NCBI GenBank assembly: GCA_965237955.1
Contig: OZ250169.1
Location: forward strand, 2,144,001 to 2,208,000
Source of the DNA: Candidatus Marinacidobacterales bacterium
GTDB taxonomy: Bacteria > Acidobacteriota > Vicinamibacteria > Marinacidobacterales > SMYC01
DNA: 64,000 nucleotides
Reading direction: 5' to 3'
This document shows positions 62,873 to 64,000 of the stretch, in pieces (the first letter of the stretch is position 1; the number at the start of each line of letters is the position of its first letter). The notes under the pieces were generated by a model. The model was not told where the DNA came from and ran no database searches. It saw nothing but the letters and a program-made list of their open reading frames with translations. The translations under genes were made by a program, and so were the position numbers.

Positions 62873-63867
62873 AAAGAACCCTCGTAGGCGACGCCACTTC
62901 CAGCAACGACTTCGCCAATCAGCCAGGCGTCGTCGAGCTTGGGATCATCCTTCGCGATCACGACCATGCCAACGCCCATGTTGAACGCGCGCAGCATCTC
63001 GGCCCCGGGAACGTTTCCTTTGTCCATCAGGTAACGGAACACCGGAAGCGGGCGGAGGTTTCCGAGATCGATGCGAACACCGCAACCTTCGGGAAGTACG
63101 CGAGGGACGTTGTCGGTGAGACCGCCCCCGGTGATGTGCGCGAGCGCGTGGATGGCGCCGGAATCAAGAAGGGGTTCCAGATCCGGAAGGTAGCAGCGAT
63201 GCCTCGCGAGGAGCACGTCCGCTATCGTTCCCCCGATAGCGTCGACATGGCTCGACGGCTCGAGCCCTTCCTGCTCGAAGAAGATCTTCCGTGCGAGGGA
63301 ATACCCGTTCGTATGCAGACCCCAGGAGGGAAGCGCCCACAGCCGCTCGCCCGGCTTCACCGCCGAGCCGTCGATGATGCGGTCTTCCTCGACGACGCCT
63401 ACGATCGTACCGGCGACATCGTACTCTCCCGGCGAGTAGAAGCCGGGCATCTCCGCGGTCTCGCCGCCGAGAAGAGACAGCTTGAACTCGCGGCAGGCCT
63501 CCGCCATCCCCGCAACCACCGAAGCCGCGACGCCTCCGTCGAGCTTTCCCATGGCGAGGTAGTCGAGAAAGAACAACGGACGGGCTCCTTGAACCAGGAT
63601 GTCGTTGATGCAGTGCGATACCAGGTCGTAGCCCACGCTGTCGTGGCGTCCGGTGGCGAAAGCGATCTTGAGCTTCGTACCGACGCCATCCGTGCTCGCA
63701 ACCAGAACAGGCCTCTTGTAGCGGTCGGTATCGAGCCGAAAGAGCCCGCCGAAGCTGCCGATATCGGAGAGCGTTCCCGGCTGGTAGGTCGAGCGGGCAG
63801 ATTCGCGCACTTTCTGAAGCGCTTTCGCCGCCGCGTCGATATCGACGCCTGCAGATCGGTAGTCCAC
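62869..63867 (-). CDS. purM: Phosphoribosylformylglycinamidine cyclo-ligase
   Basis: YRSAGVDI, TDGVGTKL, GGETAEMPG, HTNGYSL, HITGGG. Confidence 0.97.
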   Translation of the reverse strand: MDYRSAGVDIDAAAKALQKVRESARSTYQPGTLSDIGSFGGLFRLDTDRYKRPVLVASTDGVGTKLKIAFATGRHDSVGYDLVSHCINDILVQGARPLFFLDYLAMGKLDGGVAASVVAGMAEACREFKLSLLGGETAEMPGFYSPGEYDVAGTIVGVVEEDRIIDGSAVKPGERLWALPSWGLHTNGYSLARKIFFEQEGLEPSSHVDAIGGTIADVLLARHRCYLPDLEPLLDSGAIHALAHITGGGLTDNVPRVLPEGCGVRIDLGNLRPLPVFRYLMDKGNVPGAEMLRAFNMGVGMVVIAKDDPKLDDAWLIGEVVAGSGVAYEGSL

Positions 63868-63888
63868 GGTCAGCTATTATAAGGGCCC

Positions 63889-64000
63889 ATGCTGTCGATC
63901 GTTCTCATTACCAAGAACGCGGAACATCTATTGAGGAGAACTCTCGAGGCAGTCTCGTGGGCGGACGCCATCTTGATCGTCGACTCCGGCTCGACGGATG
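63889..64000 (+). CDS. Glycosyltransferase family 2, 5' part
   Basis: [12 protein letters not shown]...[14 protein letters not shown]. Confidence 0.85.
   Translation, partial: MLSIVLITKNAEHLLRRTLEAVSWADAILIVDSGSTD

Overview
A chromosomal window from a high-GC bacterium, most likely Acidobacteriota (16S 5' signature CAGAATCAACGCTGGCGG plus gene content; inference). The left end holds a respiratory operon: Rieske protein, split cytochrome b, an octaheme cytochrome c, aa3-type oxidase subunits II and I, and heme o synthase. Housekeeping genes follow (ABC exporter pair, Na/Pi cotransporter, Slt, cstA, hisS, rho, mutM, pntAB, speD/E, tyrS, purNM). A tmRNA gene carries a decayed island with a serine integrase remnant, an IS5 and a tyrosine integrase split by a MITE. 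There is also an IS21 and a complete minus-strand rRNA operon. The most striking feature is three back-to-back group I introns in the 23S gene (E. coli positions 1917, 1931, 1951), separated by 14-nt and 20-nt micro-exons; only L1951 encodes a LAGLIDADG homing endonuclease. Also notable are a two-copy CTAG-flanked MITE, inverted-repeat elements with microsatellite arms at gene boundaries, several genes collapsed by large deletions, and several single-base frameshifts that may be assembly errors. All family calls come from motif recognition by eye; no searches were run.
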